64,000 nucleotides of DNA, taken from positions 25,702,912 to 25,766,911 of the forward strand of contig NC_092675.1 of the NCBI RefSeq assembly GCF_964355755.1, given 5' to 3'. Made by a program: the position numbers and the translations under genes. This DNA is from Antedon mediterranea. Its lineage: Eukaryota; Animalia; Echinodermata. A model generated the notes under the pieces. The model had not been told where the DNA came from. It saw only the letters and a list, made by a program, of their open reading frames with translations, and searched no databases. Positions 49,450 to 62,300 of this stretch are shown here, in pieces. The stretch's first letter is position 1, and each line of letters begins with the position of its first letter.

Positions 49450-50798
49450 CGTAATTCTACCGAATATTTATTTAAAGAATGTTAGAAAATGTGTGGAATA
49501 AATTCGCAAATTGGGCTCGAATCTACTATACTTCACTCATGAAGCAACAGGTTATGCACATACGAGATACTTTTTAGTTTAGTTGATTCAGGGGATTCAA
49601 TTTAATTATTCAATTTTAATTATTCAATATTTAATTAAATAATTTCCCCGATTTTAAGAATTCACAAGTTGTTTTAGTATGGGGCTTAAACCTACTTCCT
49701 CTCAAAACTTTTAATTTCAACCAGTACATTAATATTTAAATGATACAGTACTTTACTCACTACTCACCCCAACACAATGAAAACGGTAAACTGCATACGG
49801 CTGTTATTATCTTATAACACCAAAGTTTTGACGAGGAAAATGTCAAGAAACTATATTCCCACACAAAATCAAATGAGTGCATGCCATCTGGTTCGGCAAA
49901 TACGTCATCAAATCCCACCTAAAAGTTAATGAAAAATAATTTTTTATAGAAACAATAATCATTTGGTTGGTTAGCTATCATCAGTTCATATACGGAACTT
50001 GGTGTTGCTATATGTCCGTTAATGTATCACATCAGGCACAGAACATTGATTCTAAACCGCTCGGTGATATACTGAAATTTAATTAATTAATTTGAAACGA
50101 TAAAGATGAGGAAATCTGTGAGAACCGAGATGCGAACCCGGAACCTTCTGCTTAATATGCAGATTTACTAACTATTAGACCACTGGGTCTTTCCTGGTAT
50201 TGTTCAAACCCGATTGGATAGCGACTCTTCTGTGTGCTACGGCGGAACAGCACTTCTAGTCCCTCAATTGTACGCACGCGCATCAGAGATCAAATTGATA
50301 CGCCCTCATCTTTCAGTATTTTATTCATGAAGCTGGATCTCCGAAGAGATACTTTTATATATATAAACACATCAGGCGCAGAACATTAATTCTAAACCGC
50401 CCGGTGATATACTGACATTTAATTGATTAATTTGAAACGATAATGATGAGGAAATCTGTGAGAATAAGAAAAAGTATATATTTATATTTAAAGTACAAGT
50501 ACAAGTAAATATATAATTATATTTATTTACTTGTACTTGTATTTGAAATATTTCATGTAGGCCTTAACACGTCACGTCGAATAGCGATTTCCTCAAACTA
50601 AGTTGTGCCATAATAACCTGATAAAATAATACTTACTCGAACGTCGTCATTAACTTGATAGGGATCTCTCTCTGTCATGGTTGCCATCACGTTTTGGTTG
50701 TGCTTCTTTGGGCCCGTATCTTCCGTGTACGGAACAGTTAAGTCATGTTGTGATAGTCTTCGCCCAATTTCGGAATCAATCTTTTCACCGTTTGACAT
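49038..50798 (-). CDS. CAV1: Caveolin (caveolin-1/3-like, ~168 aa; exact orthology not resolvable)
   Basis: Exons 50798-50637 (MSNGEKIDSE...ERDPYQVNDDVR), 49918-49768 (VGFDDVFAEPDGMHSFDFVWEYSFLTFSSSKLWCYKI: caveolin signature FEDVIAEP and scaffolding domain), 49231-49038 (GIQFAFLTFCHIWYVMPC...FADPVFESAGRFLGNIRV). 507 nt in frame. Confidence 0.93.
50031..50463. repeat. ~93-bp direct repeats flanking a minus-strand tRNA-like segment in a caveolin intron
   Basis: ATCAGGC.CAGAACATT.ATTCTAAACCGC.CGGTGATATACTGA...GAGGAAATCTGTGAGAA at ~50031 and ~50371; part of the internal sequence recurs at ~11650-11725. Confidence 0.7.
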
Positions 50799-52724
50799 AA
50801 TTGTTGGCTTTTACAAAAATAATTAATTAAAAATTAATTAGTTAGTTATGACGCGTAACGTGTGTGATGTGACACCACATAGAATGAAAATCGTTTCTAG
50901 GACATACCCATTAGATGTGACGGATTCGAACTTCGTAATTGTGTTTGATCTGATATTCCCTTTTAATATTAAAACAAAAAAACAAAATAGCCGAAAGCTG
51001 TCCGCCCCAAATTATAGTAAGCTATCTGACTAAAATCCTCAGTTGGGTGAGTTAGCTGTTTTATTCTCATTGGTAAATTCTTTCAAGAAGTATTTCCCTG
51101 TGTTGGTTTGCCGAAGTCTTTAGATGTTCCAAGGAAAGGCGATAAACAACAAGTTGGAATTTGTTGCAAAGGAAGGAAATTATTTACGTTTGGTAGCATC
51201 TCTATTTCTAAATTATAAAACAGTATATAGTAAGACTATTAGACTCCTTAAAACCCCTTAGTACCGAATTCATAGAGAGAGAGCCATTTCCCCTATACCA
51301 TGTTCTTTTGTTCATCATACCATAATAATTTAATTCGAGTTCTCTATCCAAATGCTCATACTTATACGTGATACGTGTTTTTCAGTAGTAATTTCTAAAA
51401 CGCAAGAATGAAAATGGGAATACATTTTCTTGATCTCTTTTCATTATATAAAGTTACTATAAACCCTAGTGTTATTATATTCCATAAACTATAGGTTGAG
51501 TTGAATGATTCATCATTCAATAATTCTAAATTAGACTTTCCTTATTCTATTGTCACTTATCCTGTTACTCTTGCGTCAGGATTTATTCCTCAATTGGAAC
51601 TATTTATAATTGTACCTAATTAAGTTGTTATGATAATAATATCCTTACCTTTTTGCATTGTTCCCAAAAGTAATTAGACATATCCAAAATAATACATTTG
51701 TAAGCTATAACAACTTACACGAAACCTAAACATTTAAGCCTAACCTTGCAATGGCGGAACTGTATTATCCAATACTAAAACGACTTTGAATGTACATCTT
51801 GAACCCTGACCGTATGGTTATGGATATTCTTAGTAACATTTTTTTTGGTGCAACTAAAAAGAAACTTAATGAACCTCGTAATACCTCAGTGTAACTTCTG
51901 TAAGTACTTGCTGTATGCTTCATAATTTCGTTCAATTCACAAAACGCTGTTGAAATTATCCTATGCTGCGTTCGGTCGTATCTCCAGTCTACGCAGTTAA
52001 CGAGTATGAAATCCTCTTAAGCAGACTAATAAAGACATTTCTTAGCTTAGACTAGACATGTTTTCCGTTCAAAAGCACAACCAGTTTTTGCAAAACAATT
52101 TCTTGTAGGCCTACGTATGCATATTGTTAATTAGCCATGACAACAACATAGTCAAGTCAAATAAATGTACGTTATAAAAACTAAGAGAACCATATTGGTA
52201 TAGTTTGAAAATGTTAACAAGAAACGACACTTTTGGTCCAATTCCAGATTTAATTGATTCAGGAAATGAAACAATTGGCGGAAACGCACATATGCTAATG
52301 TTGATGGATTTTTAACTTTATTACATTTAGAAATATTTTTTTTAAAATTTACATTATTTAAAATTATTTATATTAAAATTATGTAATGATCTATGATTTA
52401 AGGTTGACCCTCATTTCTTCTAAACATCCTACTTCTCTTCTGAAATCGAAATTTTTCTTTCTAAAACCAAAATTGTCCTCTAAAATCGAAATTTTCTTCT
52501 AAAATCTAACCTTTAGGCCTAATCATCTATAATTAACCTAAGTTTCTTCTAATTGACAACATCTACATATTTTTATCGACCTATCCTGCTTTTTTTTTCT
52601 AAAATAGTCTTCATCTTCTTCAATCCGACATCATTCCTTCATTTCATTAATTTTAAATGAAGTTATAAAACTATTATTATGCCTATATTTATGTGTTTAA
52701 TTTGCATCTAAATTGTGTCCATAC

Positions 52725-52787
52725 CGTATTATAATGAAGACATGCTTGTTCGTAGATAGGTCCTTCCTCCGTACGTTTAAAATCCAT
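52725..52787 (-). CDS. Possible upstream coding exon of caveolin (long isoform)
   Basis: TGCAG acceptor with exon starting at 52792, ATG at 52787, MDFKRTEEGPIYEQACLHYNT, then GTATGG donor (phase 0). Joins in frame to an AG acceptor 9 nt upstream of the 50798 ATG. Confidence 0.4.
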
Positions 52788-55700
52788 AAAATCTGCAAAT
52801 ACAATTTAACATCATAATTTAAAAATGGTGTGATCATTATAATGTTTATAGGCCTAGTTCAAATAGTAGTTTGACATTGAGTGAATGTGCTATTTTAAGA
52901 TATAGATATATCGCTAGATTCTCACTTCCTGTAGAAACTCATACAAATTACAAAAAAAAAAATCCTATTAAATCAGTTTGTACTGCAGTATTCTAGCACA
53001 CAAGGTAGGCAATCACTGCAGTAAAAGTATCACTGCTAAATACATTGTAAGCAAGTAACATGTCCATTTTTATGTTCTCAGAAAGTTCATTAGGCTTAAT
53101 TGTTGACAGTTATATCCGCCAAGTTCACTCTGTTTGAAATTAGTCATAATTAGTTTAATTACAGAATGCGGACATGAAACGTGAAAAAGTGAACAACTTC
53201 AACGTTAAAATCATATTATTATCATTAAATTCTAAAGCTCAGAACATGGAAATAAATAGTAAAAGTAAATAAAATAAAATTATCAGTCTCCCACCAAAAC
53301 AAACTAGTCTAGCATGAAACCCGCCGTACATGCAGTCTGTATGACTATACTTAATTGAAATTAATTAATCGTTTTAAAAATTACATAGAAATACAGAACA
53401 ATAGAAAGTGAACTTTGAATTTCCTTTTTAATATTAATAAATATTTATATTATATCAATTTTAAATAATTAAAATAATAAAAATGTTGATTGACAGTTAA
53501 AACAAAAATTGGCAAAGAAAAATAAAACTTGAATTAGTAAATCAAACTTAAAGAAATTAATAAAGAAAGAAAAGGAGAATTTAGGCATAAGATTTTGATA
53601 ACGAAGGAAGAAGGAAGGCAATTCTAAAGTTTACAAATTCTAGATATAGATCTAGAGATTGGAAACAGTTCAAGCAATACACTTACATTCACAGGAAAGC
53701 ACACTCAGTCTATTCTGAGCCACACCATACACATTATGATTAAGTTTCCACAAAATACAAACTAATTTAGGCCTATAAATAGAATATGGCAAAACGAAAA
53801 TTCTAGTATATGTGCATTCCTATAACCCAATTTATGTCCTTTAAATCGACTTAAAACGCCTTACTTACCTACCTATATTCTAGGCCTATTTCTCCCAAAA
53901 AGTTAGATGCTGCAAGCTTTTCTGTGTATACATTATTAACTATGCATAAATCGTAAGGCTTGGCATTACACATATATATCCAATTTAAATACCTTGGCCC
54001 TCTAACAGCAAAGATCACTGTACTATTTGACGCACTGATGACACTTCCTGAAATTTTTGAAGTAACCGAAAAATATTAATTCAATGTTACGGTGCCAACA
54101 ATTATGCATGCTAACGCGTCAATATAGATAATATTTAAACATAAAAGATACTGCAATTTTATTAGTATTATTGGCTTTTGGAATGAGTATTTATCGTGAA
54201 TAAATTATCAGGAAATCTTTGTGTGTGGGGAATTGTGGTTCAGGACTATCAATTAATTTTATGAAGCTCTACTTCCAACAAATATTTAAAACAGGACGGA
54301 TCGAGAGTACACACGTAGTGGTGCGCTAGCTCCCTTCACCCCTCCCCCAAATGAAATTAAACACCTTTTTCATAATATGTCTAGAGTATAGCATATTATC
54401 TGTACGGAATGTACAAGTGAAAACGGCAAAGGAAGTCTTCTAATATATAGTTTCAAAAATCCTGGATTCCTCCTGGAAAATACATTGGAATCTGGTCTAA
54501 AGATGACAACACATATTTTCATTTACTCCTTATAATTGTTATGATTATGTCATAATGAGATGGAAGTAGTTCTGCAACTGACATTTGTTATCATAGTACT
54601 GTACTACATTCTGACTCCTATCCTTGCGTAATTCAATTAATTAATAGTTTTGTTTGAACTTGAAATTAAACTGCATTCAGAATTACTGTTTTATAATTCT
54701 CATGTCTTATAAACATTTCAATGACTAGGTCTATTCAATATAAGGTCAGTTGATAATTAAATATATAGCTGATAGGTCATGTATAAGAATTAATATTGTA
54801 GGAATAACAAACGGAAAGACATTTATTAAAAAAATACATTTTAAAATGCACGATAGGGATCATCTAAACAAATTATTTTACTGCAGTTAGGCCTACTACA
54901 TTAAAAAAAACATCTATAGCGTAAAATTTGCGTCGTTCAGCAGTCACTGCAATAAACAAATTGTATGATCCCTCCACCCCGCCAGCGATATTTCTTTTCG
55001 TACACAAGTTGGGGACCCCTCATGAAACGTCACAAACTACACATGAATATTCATTAGTCATATCCAAAGTTATGGCGTAAGAATTGAGCTAACTACATTT
55101 CGCAAATGCAAACGCTTTCTGTCTAGCCGTCTGTGTAGTCGAGTGGATAAGACTATGAACTTTAAATGGGTTCAATTTCCATGAGCAACTTCTTTATTTA
55201 GAGGGTAAGGTTTAGTTATATTTAGGAAGTAGTTCGGCTATCTTTCACATAAGAGGTCTGCAACTTATGTACGAGAAAAAAAATAGCATCCCGCCAAAAC
55301 ATTACGCATCCCACAATAAGCTTTCTAAATAATTTAAATGTACTTGCTGCAATGACTGCAGTACAATAAATGTTGACATTTCCCCTTTAACTGTTGATTA
55401 TTTTAACATTAAAAATAAAGGCACATACAGTAAACAAAACATGCAATGTACAGTAATATATTTTTAACGAATATTTTTTTATTTCTTTTAAAAAAAAATA
55501 CTTTTTCTGAAAAACAACAAAACATAGCTGGATAATAAAAATATAAGTTATTTCTACAAATTAACAGTACAGGTCACATAACATAACACAAATAAACCTG
55601 TTTTACTTAATTGCACTGACAAAACTGATTATTGCTCAGTTATACATTATACTGGACGAATATATCTGGATACAAAAATAGAAAAAAATGATTTAAAAAC

Positions 55701-56344
55701 ATAACAAAATATAAATATATTATAAGCAGAGGAAACGTATTACAAATACTTTGACATTAAATACTACAAGTTTACAATGAAAGGACCTTCAATGTTAGGT
55801 AACGACATAGTGAATATATAAACGATCCTTATAGGAAATCCTTGATATAAAATGCTGACAACTTAGATATAAACATTTGTATGCAAGATTTTTATCTTAC
55901 AAAGTAGTAATAAAGAGCTTTCGATTTGCGAAGACTGACGACCAAAGATACAACAAGATACAAAATCATGTTTTTATGTCATTCAAGTTTAAAGCATCCA
56001 GTACAATTACAGTGTTAAATACATCAATAAATACATTTGGGGGTAACAAAGTCGTTACAAATTATATTTTCTTAGTGGTTGTTTTAATCAAATTAGTAAG
56101 CAGCATGATTGTGGAAAAACATCCAGTAATAAATACATATAAATAACTGTCATTATGTATTACATGATTTTAGACTGGCCACATGGAAAATCCAGGTGTC
56201 ATTATTCTTATTACAATAATAATAACAATCATGATTGATTGAGATTGGTACAGAAGTAATTATATATTTTTATATATTCTATAATTAGAATATTTCATTT
56301 GGGTTTGTTTTGTGAATTTACTAGTACTAGAATTAGTATTTTTG

Positions 56345-59300
56345 TTATGAATGTGCTTTGATTTTCGAATCTTCTTTTATTTTCCAGAACATAAGCTGTA
56401 GACATGATTTAGCATCTTCTGTACTGTCATGTCCATCCACTGAAAAAAAAAAATATAAAAAAATAAACATAATAATACTAACACCCTGGGCTGGCATTTA
56501 TCAACCTCTTTGAGCCCGTTCGGACTTTACAATTTACATGTGTAATGGTCACTTGTGATGTAATTTTGAGATAAACCAGCTGCTTCAAAACCCCAACTCA
56601 TGAGGTGGATTTTTCCATTACTCTACCCCTTAAACTGCAAGCTGATTAACCACAAGATAAGGAGCAATTTTACTAGTGTAAAAAGATGCATGAAATATGA
56701 CCTTGCTGGGTAAACATCTTTGTTTTGTAGAGGTTACCAAGTATAATGAAAACATTTAATTGCAACTCTTGTATTGGTAGTGTCTGGTTTTAGAAAGTTG
56801 AAAGTTCCAAATGAGCTGTTTAAGCCACAAGGTGAAGACAAACTTTAAAATAAAAGCACTCAGAAACTGAGTGAAGTACTTGGCAACATATGGCGCAGTT
56901 AAAAGAATTCAGATTGTTTTTTTTAATTTGTGAAGTTATTAATGGACCGATTTTCTTGAATTTCAATAAGCATATTTTGGAAATATTCAGAATGATAAAT
57001 TGAAATTGTAGATGCTATCGTGCTAAGAAACAAAGCAAGAACTATTTAGCAATATTATTTACTGTATTTTTACAACCAAATGATTTTTCTGATCTTACCA
57101 TTGTTTTGTATTATTGTGTTTAAGCAATCTGCCATCAAGGTTCTCAGAGCTTTCTTAAATGGTGGACCTCTTCTATGTGGAAATACTATTGCTGTATCAA
57201 TCACTGTACTGTGTATGAGCTGTATAGAAAGCCATGAAATCAACATTATTCACTGATTTCAGAGTTATGATTTGTCATTCAAATAAGCATCATGTTTGAA
57301 TTTGAACATTTGATAAAGTAGATTTAGAAAAAAAATCAATACTTTATATAGGTAACTACATCATAATTTAGTCCTTTGAATAAAATATCAAGTCATTGGT
57401 GTCTTGTGCATGGTAAATCAGTGTACTGATAATGATATGAGGTGTAGGGGATCATGTTCTAGGTCATAGTAGGAGAGGGTAGAAAGAGTAGAGGATCGTT
57501 TTCTATGTGCTGATAATAGCATGGGAAAGTGTAGGGGTTCATTGTGCTTATAATAGTATGAGAAAGAGTAGGGGATCATTGTGCTTATAATAGTATGAGA
57601 AAGAGTAGGGGATCATTGTGCTTATAATAGTATAGCCCCTTTCTCACAGAGCTGTGTGCCAGGAATATTGCGGGAATATACCATTACCATGCCGGTATGG
57701 TTTTCTGTGTCTTGGCATCATGCCGGCATCGACATGACCTGCTTTAGACCTAGTAATATTCTAGGGATATTCCCCGCAATGCCAGACGGGCATTCTGTGA
57801 GAACGTAACGCTGTTATATTCCGGGGTTCCCCGTCGAGGCTTTGACACCTTGCACGGTCAGGCAGGAGAAAGAGTAAAGGTCTATTTGTGCTGATAATGG
57901 TAGAACAAAGAGAAAGGAATCGTCCCTTATTGTGCTGATATGGCATTGTTATTGGTGTGGGCCCAATTTTCAGTTGACTTGAGGCCTATTTACATTTTAG
58001 ATGAAAAGAAAGCATGTGGAAATGTATACCTTGAGAGCTAATAAATCACTTTCTAAGCTGTGTCCTAATAAAATTGTGTCAGCACTGAATAAACTGAGTA
58101 ATACTGCTTGAACATCTCGTATTGATGTAGTCACTGACTTCATATCATTCTCTGTTATGCCACTGAATCTAAAAATAAACACACAATAGGCAATTACACA
58201 AACATCTGTTGGCAAAATATGAGAAAGTGCATGTCTAGCTACAAACAAAGACCAATACATACAACAATTGAACACGCATAGCATTGTTTATAAAAAGTGA
58301 AACCCTTTTCACCAATTTTCATAAATATTTAATATAAAGTTATGGGCTATGCTGTAATAGTTTATTTTCAATATACTACACTATAATGCCCAGTTCTAAA
58401 TGTTGTGACCACAAAGACCTTGAACTGTGATTGAAAGAAAAGCTTTGCACATACATTTTGTTTACATCACATGTCTACTGAGCTGTTTGATTCGCATGAG
58501 TGCTCATGAACATGTGACAACTCATTTCCTGAGCTCTGATTAGTTGCATATTAAAACTATTCAACTACTATTTCAAAGAAGCAAATGCATATGCATATAA
58601 GCTGATGCTTTTGATTCATGCACAACTTCACCTAGTGAAAAACAGGCTTATACCATATACTGTAAAGGCCAACATTTTCGCAGCCCTAAATTTTCGCGAT
58701 TTTACATTTTTAATTATTTCGCAACCTTTTATTTTCCAGATTTGAGTTTCTTGTGTAATTTGTTGAACCAAATTGGTGAATGTATTTCGCCTCCTTGATG
58801 AACGTCAAACAATTGAATAGCGTTGAGTAACATTACAGAATACACGATTGTAAATTTAGGGATGTAAATAAATAATGGCTAACTACAGTAAGCCTAGGTT
58901 ATGCCTGATCGACTGTAAACAACATTGTTGGGAATTTCGCACGCCCTTAATTTCGCGATCGTTATTCAAGCATTACAATACCTTGTGTTGTGATCTACAA
59001 TTGGATTAGGTGGTTTCACTAGACTATCATAAACCTTTTCCATAGATTCTCCAATCACTGTTACTCTTGTCAACTCTAAACCCTTGTTAGTGTAGCACTA
59101 CAAACAGAATAAATGAAAATAATACTGGTTATTAATGAAGAAACAAGGTATAAAATATATTTTAACGAAATCTGTTTGATTTAAAAAAATGAAGATGGTT
59201 TTAGTAAAAAATTGCTATTTTGGATCATGGAAAAAGATATTTGTGGCAGTGACATATATAGAAGATAGACAACTTCATCTCATTTTATTTAATATAAAAA

Positions 59301-62300
59301 GAAGTTATTTTAATGTGCACGTACAAATCACAAGTAATGAAAGTGAAATCAAACATATCACACAGGAAAAATATATATATAAACAAAAATATAACAACTA
59401 AAAATGTATGATTTACCATTCAAACTAGGCAATCTTAATACTAAAAAGAGTAATTAAAGAATTACCATTTCACAGTCAAGTGCAAATACTCCGGGGCTTT
59501 TATTTGGTAAAGGTGATTTAGCAATAGTTTTCATAAATCCATCAAAATTTTCACATTTTTCATCAGTAACATGATACTAAAATAAAAAAAAAACAGGAGA
59601 AGCAAATAAGTTCAGAACCTCAATAATTTTATGCTTTATCAAATTATATTTAAACTATGTATAATTGTACCTTGCCCACACAACATCCTGTGGCTTCTGC
59701 ATCACCAGAGCAACATGTGTATCGTGACTCAAAACTGCCCGCAACTAAAAATAAAGTTACAGCAATTAAATATTTAACATTAATATTATTCATTCATTTA
59801 GCATTGTAATGTTCTAATCTGCTAAACACAAACATATTTATTTCAAAATAAAATAATTTTTGTCTAATCTAAAAGTAAAAATGTACCTTTTACATACTCA
59901 ATTACCATTTATATAAAACTTTCAAACTATAAAATTGTTTCTGAATTCAATGATATATCAATTTTACGAGTTAAATTATTCAATGGACACATCAACATAT
60001 GAAAATATTCTCCTCATTCTACGTTTATTCAATTAATACACTGCTCCCTGTTTGAATCAATAACGAAAGCTATGCCATTAAAAAAATATTCTCAAAATGC
60101 TTACAAAAGTCTAAACGAGCAGTAGAACAACAAATCAAACTTATACTGAACAGCATGTGATGCAAAATTAACCAATGAAATGACAAGGATACATTCATGT
60201 GCATTCTAACAAACAAGTATTACTGTACTTTCTGATGTGCACCATCTTTAGTGATGCACAAATATGTGTTTATTAGGTAGCTTCTGATTAGTGACAACCA
60301 ATGACCTGAGTTAGGTCATGTTAACTCATTGTTTGCATGTGGGGAAGTTGGGACACTGTATATTCCTCAACACAGTTTTGATGGGGTATACATGTTTACA
60401 TACAAGTGGACAGCAGATATTTCAGAACATATAAAACTACCTTTCCTTTTCCATAACTTTCCCCAATGATACACACATTCTTCTTTTGTTATATATCGTC
60501 CATCAGGTCTGCGTAAAAAGGCTTTGCTACACCGAGTGCATATGTTGTGATTGGCTGCAAGAAAATGTTTGTTTATTTCAGCAAAACAAAAATTATTAGT
60601 AAATGATTAAAATAAATAAGTTTGAAGATAAAGGCCAAAATAAGTTTAAAAACTTTAAGTCAAGGTCACTGATTAAAATTGAACTTAAAATTAAAGACCA
60701 GTAAAATAAATAATATCTTATTATCCTTTTGTAGTGGCAAGGTATTACCTATCAGATCTCTCAACCACCAAGCCACAGGGCTCATCAAAACTCCGGAGTT
60801 TACACACAAACAGGGTATATGATACAAGGTAAATATAATACAAGTTTAAAACTAAAGACTTTACAGTTGTATACAGTACTTACGATCAGATGATTTTACT
60901 TTTTTCTTGACTTGCACATAGACAATGGCCTTACCCGATGTGTTTGAATCAGGCCGTGGGTAACCATTATCATTTAGTTCTTGTTCTGTCATTAAATATT
61001 TCTGCAACATGTTGTATAAATTCAAGCCTGTATAAAAAATGTCAATTAAATAGATTTTTTTTTCAATCCCACGATATGTTTAGTACTAGTAGTGCAACAA
61101 GAAATTATGGATTATTCGAACTAATGCATCTATCTTCTTGCGTTGTGCCTTTAAGGATATTAGATTAGCCTGTGAGAGGGTTCAAGACCCGTCTGTGTCA
61201 TGCTTATAACCTGTAATGGCAAGATACATTGTACTTTAAATGGGGTGTATAGCCATTGGTTCTGTGTACTTGCAGTATATTACCCATGTACACAATAAAG
61301 AACTTCGTACTATGTTGCCTCTATGTGTGCTTGTCATAATCAGTTTGTTATTTATATATTCCTGTCAGTGAAACATAAAAAGGGAGCACTGAGAAGATAC
61401 AAGAGCTGTCAAAGACAACTACCAATTAAAACAGTAAGTAGCCAGTATAGAGTAGAAATAAATTAAGATTTACTTTTAGGAAATCTACTCTGAAACTAAC
61501 CTCTAAGTTTTGAAAAATCCATCCCAATCTTCTCTTGTATACTAAAACTTGTTTGAGCTGCACGCTTCCCTCCAATGTTTGCCAAATGAGAAACAGATTT
61601 TACTGGAGTTGATGTCTTTTTAGTATTTCTATTGTCCATGGATCGAATTCTTTTCACAGTGTTTATACAAACATTTAGATAAACATTTTTCGAAGAAGCT
61701 TTTTCACAAGCGAGCTTCTCTTCTCCTAATGCCTAAAAAGTAAAAGGTTTTGTCAAATTGTTTGTTTACTAGTATAAATGAATATTTAATGAGTTCACTA
61801 GAGTGCTTACCCACAGATAACAAGATGCAACCCAAATGACTATACCAACAAAGATGACAGTTATTGTCACAAAAACGTGTGGTAAGTGAGGTAATAATAA
61901 TATTCATTTGGTTAAAAAAAACTATAATTTACAAATCTATAAACAAAAACAATAATTTTTCATTTTCATGGCCAGGCATCCAAGAACACACTCTCATTGT
62001 ACCCACTTCGGACTTATATTCATTTCATATGGAAATGACTTTATCTTAGTTTTCAAAATGTACCTTTGACTTAAACGGTAACACCAACTTTATCTAAGAA
62101 GGAAAATCCAATTTGCAAAAGTCTAAATCAATTATGCACTAGCTATTATAAGTTACCGTATCAAATGCTGTTTGCTCCTCTAGGCCAACTTTTATCAGCT
62201 CATCAATAAACATTGTCAGGTAACGTTGTCGTACAACATTTGGTATATTCTTACCGTATCCAAGTGGTATAACAGGTCTCTTGCTGGCCTAAAAAATAAG

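Noticed and set aside
57521-57633. CRISPR-like ~37-bp repeats
   Set aside because: Contiguous tandem units without unique spacers, in a eukaryotic intron, with no cas genes.
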